Positions 11,981 through 21,446 are shown, counted from the first letter of the whole stretch. The stretch: DNA of 63,072 nucleotides, filler included, from Reclinomonas americana ATCC 50394 (GCA_048213135.1; 30 parts of 30 records of this genome joined end to end with filler, not necessarily neighbours in it); one strand, 5' to 3'. Notes: generated by a model not told the origin, from the letters alone. Translations and numbers: made by a program.

Positions 11981-13396
11981 GTCTGTTCACCGCCGCCGCC
12001 GAGCTCGACTCCTCCTCCATATCGCGCTACCCCTCCACCACCGAGCCACGCGTGCTCTACCTCAAGGCCTACGACGTATTCGGTCAGCACATGACGACGC
12101 TGGATGGGGCGGTGTTTTCGATTTACTGCGCCGGCTGCTCCGAAGGCGTTGCGTTCCCGCCTTACCCCTTGCTGTGCGATGCACCGCCCCTCACCCTCCT
12201 TTCCCGCCCCCGCAGTCCAAGAACCAATCACGCGGCACCATTGACGGCGTGGCCACATTCCTGCTGCCCATTGTCGTCCGCGGCAACTCGACACGCACCA
12301 ACTCCACCGACACGACGCGGGACGGCGACAACAATAATGCGATGGTGGTGGTGCTCGGCAGCTCCGTCGCCTTTGGCGAGCTGCCGTCGGTGCTGTCGCT
12401 GGACGTCGACTCGTGCCCGGCGTCGCAAGAGTACCAGGCGGGCATTGGGTGCCAGCAGTGTCCGGCCAAGTACTACTCGCTGCCGACGGCGGCCTTTGAT
12501 CAACGCTGCCTCTCGTGCCCGAGTCACGTCGAGTGCAATGGCGGCCTGGACGTGCAAGTCATTTCGTCGTACTGGACCTTTGCCCTCAGCGACGACAAGG
12601 TGCCGCAGGCGGCGCTGTCGGGGGGCGCCACGGGGGTCGCGATTGAGCCGCCGCGCTCGGGCGAGATTGTCGCCTATCTGTGTCCGTACGACTATTGTTT
12701 GCGCGATGCGTCCGAGCCGGTGGTGCGTGGCAACTACTGCAATCCGAGTACGGATCGGGATCCGCAGTCGCCGTTGTGTGGCGCGTGTCAGGCGGGGTTT
12801 TCGTTGTGGCAGGGCGAGTGCATTGAGTGTGGTCGGCGGTCGAATGCGGCGTTGGTGTGGGTATTGGCGACGATGTGGGCGTTTGTGTTGTTTACGCATG
12901 TGGCGTTTCAGGGTGAAGGAGAAGGTGAGGGGGAAGGAAGGGGAAGGGAGAAGGGGGAAGAAGGTGAAGGGAGGGAGACCGCGATTCTGCTAACACACTT
13001 CTTCTCTCCTATCCCCCCTCCGCAGCCTCCGCCGAGATGATCCTCTTCCTCCTCCAAACAACCACGCTGCTCTTCTACCCCAACGTGGAGCTGCTGAGTG
13101 TCGGGCGCCTGCTCAATTTCTGGTTTCCGCGCTTCGCCGGCAACACCGGCTGTCCGTTCTACTTGGATGGCGTCGGCGACCTGATTGCGCACTTTGTGTC
13201 GCCGGTGGTGTACATTTCCATTCTGTGGGTGACGTACCTCGCGCACCGCCTGCTGGTGATGCTGTTTCTGCGCACGCGCATTTGTGAGCGCTCGCGACGG
13301 GTGGTGGGTCGCGGTTACCGCTTCGTGGCCTGGTTCGATCGCATGTCGCACGCCGATCGGTACGTGTCGACGACGGTGGTACTGGCGATTGGCGTG
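11981..13396 (+). CDS. Cys-rich ectodomain, multi-pass membrane protein (protist GPCR-related / GCC2-GCC3-like family), internal fragment
   Basis: CQQCPAKYYS..CLSCP..VEC.GG..SYW, CPYDYC, LCGACQAGFS..CIEC, followed by several hydrophobic helices. Confidence 0.7.
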
Positions 13397-14478
13397 NNNN
13401 NNNNNNNNNNNNNNNNNNNNNNNNNNNNNNNNNNNNNNNNTTAATTAATTAANNNNNNNNNNNNNNNNNNNNNNNNNNNNNNNNNNNNNNNNNNNNGTCA
13501 AAAGGTCACCGGGTATATTCATCGCCAGCTGCAAGTGGCCTTTCACCGAGCACAACAACAACATTCTCATTCCCCCGCTTTTCAAAAATTTCCTTTTCAG
13601 TTGTCTCACCTGCGTCTCCGTCGGCTGCCTTCCCTCCACAGCAGTGTGCCTCCGCGTGCAGGTACTCAACTGTCGCGTGCTCAACTTGGCAGGAGTCCCA
13701 CCTGCCACGTGCAGCACCTCGCTGCGGGGCTGCCAGATTCCGTTTGCTCGTCTTTCAGTCGCTGATCGTCTCACCGATATCAACGCTCCATCGCCCCCTT
13801 CCAATCATCAAGCAGCGGTGGTGCCCACATGTGGAGCGCATTGGCACGACAGGCACCTTACCGCAACGCGCTGTTTTTGGCCCCCACATGAAGTGATCGT
13901 TATCCACCTTTTTTCCAGTTGCCTGTGAAAGTCGCTGATGATCTTGCGCACACACGATGACTCAGTCATCGCCGAGCTCGTTCACTTTACTCGTTGTGGC
14001 AGAGCGCTCGTCATTCACATCACGCGAGGAGGCGGTGGCGAAGAGAGAGAGGAAAAGAGAAACAGGCGGGAGAGAGGAGGTACCACAACCGAGCGTTCGG
14101 GTTCGAAAACGGGAGGCACACAGGCAAGGGTCATCATCGCGCACGTTTTTTCTTCTCACACCGTTATTGCGGGGACGCTGTTCATCGCCACTCATCGTCA
14201 CTTTCACCATCGCACAGGGCGTCTCCGCCTGTACCACCTCCATTGCACAGAGTGACCCCCGCCACTTGCATTATCGCAGTGCGCGCGAGCCTCATTTTCC
14301 TTATTTTTCGCCATCGTGTGTGCGCGAAGACCATCGATCGATCGTTGTCAACAAAAGGTGCGATCGACACTCACACATACTCGTGTGTGTGTGTGTCTCT
14401 CTCTTTGTGTGAGTGAGCGTGCTGAGTGTGTGTGTGTGTGTCTTGTGTGTCACAGCGTGTGGGAGTGCGTGTGTTCGA

Positions 14479-15629
14479 ATGGGTCGGCGACGCGAAGGCC
14501 AGCTCCGTCTGCGCGACTATGCCCGCTTCACAGAGGAAGCGCGTCTCATGTTAATGGAAGAGTTTGCTGTCAACGCGGTGAGTACACACATATCTCTCTT
14601 GCGCAGTTCGTATTCGTCAGACAGTTTCTCTGGTAACAACACACACACTCTCTCCTCCCTCTCTCTCTCTCTCTTGCATTTGTGTGTGTGTGTCTCGTCG
14701 TTCCTCGTGTGGTGGAACGCACAGTGAGGCACGTGTTGTGCACACTCGTGTTGTGCGTTGGGCAATCATTTTGTGTGAACGCATGTGCGCATGTGTGTGC
14801 GCATGTGTGGTGTGTGTGTGTGCGAGAGAGAGCGTTCCTCTTTCACTCTCTTCCTGTATTTTTCGTGAGACGAGCACATTGCGCGTGTGTGTCTGTGTGT
14901 GTGTGCGCGCATGCATCGACGGGGTCAGCGGAGTGCATTACCTTTCTCAGACATGCATTTACTCCTGTATGTCGTCGCGTACTTGTTGCCTCCCGGTATG
15001 TCCGTGAATGTCTTGGAACACAACCTTTTTCCCACGCAAAGAGAGGCGCATTGCGCAGAATGTGTGTGTGGCGTGAGAGAGGCGTGATAGAAGACGGGAT
15101 TGCAATGAGTTGGGCGTTGACCCAAGAGGCAATGAGGCCGTTTTCAGTGCATTTTGGAACCCCACCTGTCTGGCGATTCAGATGTTGTTTTTGACTTGAC
15201 CATTTTTCCCTCTCGCGCGCTTCGTGTTGTTGCATTCACGCTGTCTTATACTGATGGTTTTGTGTGCCCTCTCGCTGCATGCACAGTACCCTGATCGGCG
15301 GCGGAAGAGACAGTTGGCAGAACGTGTGGGCCGTTCGCTGAAGAGTGTCAATCGTTCCGTTCCGGTGTCGTCTGTTGATTGCCATGCGCGTCTTCTCATT
15401 CTTTTGTCGCCTGCCTTATAGTCTGGTTCGAAAATCAACGGAAGAAACAGCGGCGATTAGGCGTGCTGCTGGTGCCCCCGCCGCCCGGTGGCGGTCACCG
15501 AGGCGATGACGACGACGACGATGATGACGACAGCCTCGGCGACGATTTCGATGGCGATGCGCATGCACTCGACCCTTCTTCAATGGGCAGCGGCATGTCG
15601 TATCAGGGCTTTCCGACGCACGTGGGCTT
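14479..15629 (+). CDS. Non-TALE homeodomain transcription factor; exons 14479-14577, 15287-15353, 15422 onward (3' truncated)
   Basis: Spliced: ARFTEEARLMLMEEFAVNA|YPDRRRKRQLAERVGRSLKSVN|LWFENQRKKQRR; F8, L16, F20, Y25-P26, L34-A35, W48-F49-N51-R53 all in register. Confidence 0.88.
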
Positions 15630-15729
15630 NNNNNNNNNNNNNNNNNNNNNNNNNNNNNNNNNNNNNNNNNNNNTTAATTAATTAANNNNNNNNNNNNNNN
15701 NNNNNNNNNNNNNNNNNNNNNNNNNNNNN

Positions 15730-16116
15730 CTGCTTCTTCAGCAGGCCGCGCGGGGCGTGCGGTACGTCCTCGTGACTGTGATGGTCGAGCACGTCGGCGA
15801 TGACCAGCGCCGTGCTGGGCAGCCAGGCGATGCGCCTGAGCGTCGCCATGTCCGGCTTCAGGACGAAGTCGCCATAGCCCTTCGACCAGTTGGCGGCCGC
15901 GTAGCCGGGGACCGGCTCCATGTCGATGTCGTTTGCCAGCAAATAATTGCAGGCATGGGTCTCGTCATGCGCGGTTGCGACGAAATGCTCGGCATGGAAG
16001 CGCTTGCCGATCAGTTGCCCGGCCATGTCGACCATAGCGACGATCACGGTGTCGATCTCCCCGGCTGCCACCGCAGCCTTCAGGGCCTCGAAGGAAAACG
16101 CAGCAGGCATCGGCAT
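15730..16116 (-). CDS. Glutamine synthetase family protein (gamma-glutamyl ligase-like), N-terminus (3' truncated), bacterial
   Basis: IDTVIVAMVDMAGQLIGKRF, GYGDFVLKPDMATLRRIAW, PHAPRGLLKKQ. Confidence 0.9.
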
Positions 16117-16633
16117 CCCTGAAGGCTGGAGCAGCGGAAGCGCAATCGTCGAACGCACAAGAGAAGCCTAGTTGGGGCTGTGCTTGCAACTGTCCCCCAG
16201 GGTGTTCGCAGCGGTGCTGAGCAGATTTTTGGCTGGCTATCGGATTCCGACCGATGCGGGATGGAGGCAAGGCCGCCCTTGAGCCGCGCAAAGCGGAGCG
16301 GCATAGGCCATCGCAAGGCTCCGGCACTCTACGATCTCTCCGTCACTCTTGGATCGATGCGGGAGCCGCGCAGCTAATGCCGCTTGTCCGAAATGACAGG
16401 GGAAGGAGGGATCACGACCTATCCCCAGCCGGCGCGAGAGATTGCCGGCGCCCGCTGCGTCCGAGCGATTGGAGTGACGTGCCTCGAGCGCCAATGGCGA
16501 CGGGGGCACGGGTTGGGTAAGTGAAGTGGTGGCGGCCTCAGTTGCGGTTCGGGCTGTGGGGCCGCGCAGCAGCAAAAGCTGGGGAGAACTTGGCCGGCGG
16601 AGGGCGCCGCGCCCTCCGCCTTGCCTTGACTGG

Positions 16634-16765
16634 CTAGCTCCAGAAGCCTGCCTGGTGGTCACGCGGAGAGAACGCTTCGGTGGCGTCCTGCTGCTGCGCT
16701 TCGTGGTTCTCCTCGTGGTCGTGCTCGGTCTCGAGCGCGCACTCACAATCGTGCCGTTCCAGCAT
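16634..16765 (-). CDS. Small acidic, His-rich hypothetical protein (43 aa), absent from the ORF track
   Basis: AAAGGAG RBS 6 nt before the ATG; MLERHDCECALETEHDHEENHEAQQQDATEAFSPRDHQAGFWS*. Confidence 0.55.
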   Translation of the reverse strand: MLERHDCECALETEHDHEENHEAQQQDATEAFSPRDHQAGFWS

Positions 16766-16900
16766 GGATCGCTCCTTTCGAAACGTGGGAGGTTGCTTCA
16801 GGCACGAGTTAGATATGAACTATTGCTGCATCGCACAAGCAATCTTAGCGGGTGCGGGATACCCGCCAGCGCATGGAACAAAATCGAAATCGCCCTGAGA

Positions 16901-17110
16901 TCAGCTGCTGTCGGCGTCCTTCGGGCTGGCGATGGTCGCAGATTGCTGTTCCGCGGCGCGGTCGAGGCAGGCAGCCATCTCCGGCGTGCCCCATTTGAAT
17001 TTCGAGCATTGCTCCGTGCCGACGGTCAGATTCCTCGCGACGCCGCGCGAGCTGTCGCCTCCACTGCAGCCGGCGAGAACGATGGCGATTGCCGCGAGTG
17101 CTATGCGCAT
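16901..17110 (-). CDS. Small lipoprotein
   Basis: AAAGGAGG RBS; MRIALAAIAIVLAGC with an LAGC lipobox. Confidence 0.75.
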   Translation of the reverse strand: MRIALAAIAIVLAGCSGGDSSRGVARNLTVGTEQCSKFKWGTPEMAACLDRAAEQQSATIASPKDADSS

Positions 17111-17163
17111 GGTTGTCCCTCCTTTCGAAGCTGCAAGTCGAGCAGGCGCATGGGGCGATAATT

Positions 17164-17199
17164 TGATCGGGCCCGCGCATCCCTGCGCGGGCCCGATCA
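17164..17199. terminator. Perfect 16-bp inverted repeat downstream of the TAXI gene (terminator- or REP-like hairpin)
   Basis: TGATCGGGCCCGCGCA-TCCC-TGCGCGGGCCCGATCA. Confidence 0.6.
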
Positions 17200-17245
17200 T
17201 GGGGCGCCATGAGACGGCGCGAAAGCTGCCGGCGGCGATCCCGGC

Positions 17246-17860
17246 CTATTTCAGGAAGCCGGCCTCGCGGAAGGCCTTTTCGGCGCCCGGATGCAGCGGC
17301 ACCGGCTGCGTCTTCCAGGCGGTGGCGGGGTCGTAGCGACCCATGGCCTGGTAGATGTTCGCCAGGCGCGGCTTGTTGGCGATGATCGCCTTGGTCATCG
17401 CATAGACGAAGTCGTCCGGGAGCTCCGAGGAGACCAGATAGATGTTGCCCATCGAGGAGACCGAGATGTCGCTGCTCTGGAGCTCCGGGAAGGTTCCGGC
17501 CGGGATGGTGCCCTTCGAGTAGCCGAACTTCTCGGTCAGGGCGTTCTGCAGCTCGGTCGGGAAAGCGGCGAATTTCACCTTGCGCCGGCCGTCGACGATC
17601 TGGCTTGCCAGGCCCGAGGGGATCTCGCCTGCCGTCCAGAGCACGCTGAACTGGTTGTCGTTGAAGCCCTGGATCAATTCGCCATAGGCCGAGATCACCA
17701 CCTTGCCGCCGCCCGCGCGGATCTTGGCGAAGGAATTGCCGTAATGCTCGAGCGCGCGCTGCAATGTCAGGTGCTCGGAGGTCGCGGCCGAGGTCACGCC
17801 GATGGTGAGCTTGGGATCGGCGAGGATCTCGGCGAGCGAGCGCTTCTCCTCGACCGGTAC
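17246..17860 (-). CDS. TAXI-family TRAP transporter solute-binding protein (5' truncated)
   Basis: TIPAGTFP, LVSSELPDDFVYAMTKAI, PVPLHPGAEKAFREAG. Confidence 0.88.
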   Translation of the reverse strand, partial: VPVEEKRSLAEILADPKLTIGVTSAATSEHLTLQRALEHYGNSFAKIRAGGGKVVISAYGELIQGFNDNQFSVLWTAGEIPSGLASQIVDGRRKVKFAAFPTELQNALTEKFGYSKGTIPAGTFPELQSSDISVSSMGNIYLVSSELPDDFVYAMTKAIIANKPRLANIYQAMGRYDPATAWKTQPVPLHPGAEKAFREAGFLK

Positions 17861-17960
17861 NNNNNNNNNNNNNNNNNNNNNNNNNNNNNNNNNNNNNNNN
17901 NNNNTTAATTAATTAANNNNNNNNNNNNNNNNNNNNNNNNNNNNNNNNNNNNNNNNNNNN

Positions 17961-18631
17961 GCGAGGATCGGGTCGATGACGTGCTCGCGCACCTGCGCCT
18001 TCAGCTCGTCCTGCGAGATGTCGGGGTGGTGCTGCGTGGAGAGCACGACCGCGTCGACGGTCTTGGGCGTGAATCCGTCGTAGCCGAGGGTGACCTGCGT
18101 CTTGCCGTCGGGGCGGAGGAACGGCAGCAGACCGCTGCGACGCACCTCGGTGAGGCGCTCGGCGATGCGGTGCGCCGTCCAGGCGGCCATCGGCATGAGC
18201 TGCGGCGTCTCGTTGGTCGCGAAGCCGAACATGATGCCCTGATCGCCGGCGCCGAGCGCGTCGAGCGGATCGACGGACGAGCCGTCGCGGTGCTCCTGCG
18301 CATTGTCGACGCCGTGCGCGATGTCGGTGGACTGCTCACCGACCGAGATGCTGACACCGCAGGAGTCGCCGTCGAAGCCGGTCTCGCTCGACGTGTAGCC
18401 GATGCCGTTCACGACCTGGCGGACGATCGTCGGGATGTCGACGTACGCCTCGGTGCGGATCTCCCCCGCCACATGCACGAGGCCGGTGGTGACGAGCGTC
18501 TCCACCGCGACGCGCGAGCCCGGGTCCTTCGCGAGCAGACCGTCGAGGATGCTGTCCGAGATCTGGTCGCAGATCTTGTCCGGGTGCCCTTCGGTGACGG
18601 ACTCGGACGTGAACAGACGCAGCGCGCTCAT
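17961..18631 (-). CDS. metK: S-adenosylmethionine synthetase (3' truncated), actinobacterial
   Basis: [41 protein letters not shown]. Confidence 0.98.
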
Positions 18632-18722
18632 CGGTGCTCCAGAACGGGGACGGACGGTGGGAGGGGTGTTGCACCCATTCTGGACCGCGGCGCCGACAGA
18701 GCGGCGCGCGCGGCCTCGAATA

Positions 18723-18980
18723 TCACTCCGCGTGACGCAGGCGCAGCTTGTCCTCGTTGATCTCGTGCAGTGCGATGGTGAGCGGCTTGTCCTCGACCGA
18801 GGAGTCGACGAGCGGGCCGACGTTGTCGAAGAGGTTGCCCTCGTGCAGGTCGGAGTAGTAGTCGTTGATCTGACGGGCGCGCTTGGCGGCGTAGATCACG
18901 AGCTCGTACTTGGAGTCGACGCGGTCGAGCAGGTTGTCGATGGGGGGATCGATGATGCCCTTGGTGTGGTGTCCGGCCAT
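18723..18980 (-). CDS. rpoZ: RNA polymerase omega subunit
   Basis: [43 protein letters not shown]. Confidence 0.97.
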   Translation of the reverse strand: MAGHHTKGIIDPPIDNLLDRVDSKYELVIYAAKRARQINDYYSDLHEGNLFDNVGPLVDSSVEDKPLTIALHEINEDKLRLRHAE

Positions 18981-19045
18981 GATGGGACCTCCAGATCAGG
19001 CGACGGGATCGTCGCGAAGACAGTGCAATAGGCGCGACAGAGAAC

Positions 19046-19957
19046 TCAGCGCGCAGAGCCTGAGGACAATTCTACGACCTCGTGGGCGGCAGCGGCGACG
19101 TCCTCGTTCACGATGAGGTGATCGAACTCGTTCTGGGCGGCCAGTTCGACCTTCGCGGTGCGCAGTCGTCTGGCCCGTTCCTCGGCCTCCTCGGTGCCCC
19201 GGCCGACCAGTCGGTGGACCAGTTCGTCCCAGCTCGGCGGAAGCAGGAAGATGAGCGTCGCAGCGGGTTCGGCGCGCCGCACCTGACGTGCGCCCTGCAG
19301 GTCGATCTCGAGCAGAACGGTCTTGCCCGCAGCCAGGGCGGCGTCGATCGGCGCCCGCGGAGTGCCGTAGCGGGAGCGATTGTGCACCACGGCGTATTCG
19401 AGCAGTTCGTCGTCGGCGACCAGGCGATCGAACTCGGCGTCGTCCACGAAGAAGTAGCGCACGCCCTCGATCTCGCCGGGACGCGGAGGGCGCGTCGTCG
19501 CCGACACCGAGAGGTGGATCTCCGGGTTGTGCTCGCGGATGTGGGCCGCGACGGTGCCCTTGCCGACGGCGGTCGGCCCCGCGAGCACGAGCAGTCGGCT
19601 GCGTGCGCCGCGCGGCTCCAGCACAGGGAACCGGGAGTCGAGCCAGGACTCGAGGACGACGCGCTGACGAGCGCCGAGCCCGCCGAGACGCTTGACCGGC
19701 GAGATGTGCAGCTCCCCCAGCACGCGATCGCGCTTGCCCGCACCGATCGCGGGGAGGGCGAGGAGGAAGTCAGTGATCCGCATGGACCCTTCGACCGAGT
19801 CCGCATCCGCGGTGGCGCGGTGCAGCACCGTTTGCGGGGACACGACGCGCATCGTGAGATCGCGCTTCAGCGAGGCCCTGGCCCGTCGACGTTCCACGGC
19901 CCTGCGGGCGGCCGCCGCGCGGTCCACCTCGGGGACGGTCCGACGCACCTCAGACAC
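19046..19957 (-). CDS. gmk: Guanylate kinase with a fused N-terminal actinobacterial integration host factor (mIHF) domain
   Basis: C-part: GPTAVGKGT, SVSATTRPPRPGE, LLEIDLQGARQV. N-part: RRARASLK..LLALPAIG..ELHISPVKRLGGLGARQR (mIHF H2TH-like). Confidence 0.93.
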   Translation of the reverse strand: MSEVRRTVPEVDRAAAARRAVERRRARASLKRDLTMRVVSPQTVLHRATADADSVEGSMRITDFLLALPAIGAGKRDRVLGELHISPVKRLGGLGARQRVVLESWLDSRFPVLEPRGARSRLLVLAGPTAVGKGTVAAHIREHNPEIHLSVSATTRPPRPGEIEGVRYFFVDDAEFDRLVADDELLEYAVVHNRSRYGTPRAPIDAALAAGKTVLLEIDLQGARQVRRAEPAATLIFLLPPSWDELVHRLVGRGTEEAEERARRLRTAKVELAAQNEFDHLIVNEDVAAAAHEVVELSSGSAR

Positions 19958-20085
19958 TGACGACCTCCCGGTATTCGGCGGCGCGGGCGTCGATCGCTGC
20001 GGCGAGTCCGTCCGGACCGGCGGAGAGGATGCTGCGGCTCTCGCTCGCGATCACGGCATCCGACATCCGTCCGAATCGTGGACGC
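19950..20085 (-). CDS. pyrF: Orotidine-5'-phosphate decarboxylase, C-terminus (5' truncated)
   Basis: VIASESRSILSAGP..*; expected position in the actinobacterial pyrF-mihF-gmk-rpoZ operon. Confidence 0.8.
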
Positions 20086-20185
20086 NNNNNNNNNNNNNNN
20101 NNNNNNNNNNNNNNNNNNNNNNNNNNNNNTTAATTAATTAANNNNNNNNNNNNNNNNNNNNNNNNNNNNNNNNNNNNNNNNNNNN

Positions 20186-21367
20186 CTGCGTACAACAACG
20201 CAGTCTCCTTTGTGCGCAAGTGAGTGCATGAGCATGGTGTGGTGATTGCAAGCGGTGGTGTCTCATTCACTTGTGCATATCAACCACGCAGAGCGGCCAT
20301 TGTCAACGCGGTTCTCATTCTGCCACCATTTTCAACGGAAATGGGGCGCATGATGCAGAAACGGCAGTGGGTCGACTATCGCAACGAGTGGCAGAACAGA
20401 TGCATCGGACGCGACACAGTGCTCAAGATGCAATACTCTGGGTTCGGCCTGGTCAAGAAGTTGGCGGAAGCACTGGTGCGTACGTGTATCAACAGACCGA
20501 GTTGGCTTGATTTCTCACTCTCACTCACTCACTCTCTCTCTCTCTCTCTCGGTGTTTGTCTGTGCGTGTGCACAGGCTGCCAAGTCGAGAGTGCTTTCTC
20601 AACAGGATGCGTCGTTCGTTGAGCTGCTTGTATTGCCCTACTCCGAGGCGGGATCGACTATGCACTGCCCGGGTTGCGGACAAGGGAAGAAGGCGGAGAG
20701 CGCCAAGACGATCGTGTGCAACACTAATGAGTGCCCGCTGAAAGGCAAGACCATGTTCCGTGACGCTCGCGGTGCGTGGAACATTCTGTTGAGTTGCTTG
20801 GAGGTTTCGGAACGACTGCAGTCGCCGTCGCTCGCCAAGCGTCGGCGGCCAAACGAGGACGGTCGCGAGGTGGACGAGGAGGCGACGGAGCCCAAGAAGA
20901 AGAGGAGCAAGACGAGGGAGACCGAGCCGAAGTCGAAGAAGAAGAAGGCGAGAGAAGAAGAAGAAGGAGGAGGTGGAGGAGGAGTGGGAGGAGGAGGGGG
21001 AGAGAATGGAGGTACGTGTGCACGCACTCTTCTCGATGCTCTCGTTTCTCTTTCGTGCACTCTAATATGTGCTTTACAGGTCGTGGAGCCGTCGCCGCCG
21101 CCGCCCGCAGGGACGAGGCACTCGGCCAGACTTGCAGCTCAATTGCAAGCTCGTCGATCGCGAGCTCAACTGCAATCTGCATCGCGACCGGGAACAGACG
21201 TCGAGCACCGAATGCAACCGTGCGTGTCACTGATGTGCCCGCTATTATTGTGCTCAGTATCTATTGAGTTTGTACTCATTTGGTGTTCTCCCTTTGTTCG
21301 CAGCGAGGGTTTGGGTGATCCGTCTGATGTTGTGTCGGCGACAGCTGACGCGCAGGGGGTCCTGTAG
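20186..21367 (+). CDS. Fanzor2-like (eukaryotic TnpB) RNA-guided nuclease, C-terminal half; 5' truncated; introns 20220-20291 and 20476-20575, probably also 21012-21079 and 21220-21303
   Basis: Spliced: AYNNAVSFVRKAAIVNAVLILPPFSTEM..RCIGRDTVLKMQYSGFGLVKKLAEALAAKS..LVLPYSEAGSTMHCPGCG..KTIVCNTNEC..MFRDARGAWNILL, then a K/R-rich NLS-like tail. Confidence 0.85.
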
Positions 21368-21446
21368 ACCCTTAACTCATTTTCCAAGGAGTACGCCCAA
21401 ACTCATGTTGCGTCTCCGCTCAGACGTCCGTATGCATCGTTGTCAG
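21299..21446 (+). ncRNA. Putative Fanzor omegaRNA (scaffold about 21299-21426, candidate guide from 21427)
   Basis: 18-bp outer stem, three inner hairpins and a 7-bp pseudoknot (CGTCTGA 21321-21327 / TCAGACG 21420-21426); overlaps the 3' end of the nuclease ORF. Confidence 0.6.

Noticed and set aside
20186..21367. Bacterial tnpB or Cas12 belonging to the adjacent Microbacterium contig
   Set aside because: It is separated by a linker and has spliceosomal introns, microsatellites and NLS-like tails, with no CRISPR array.
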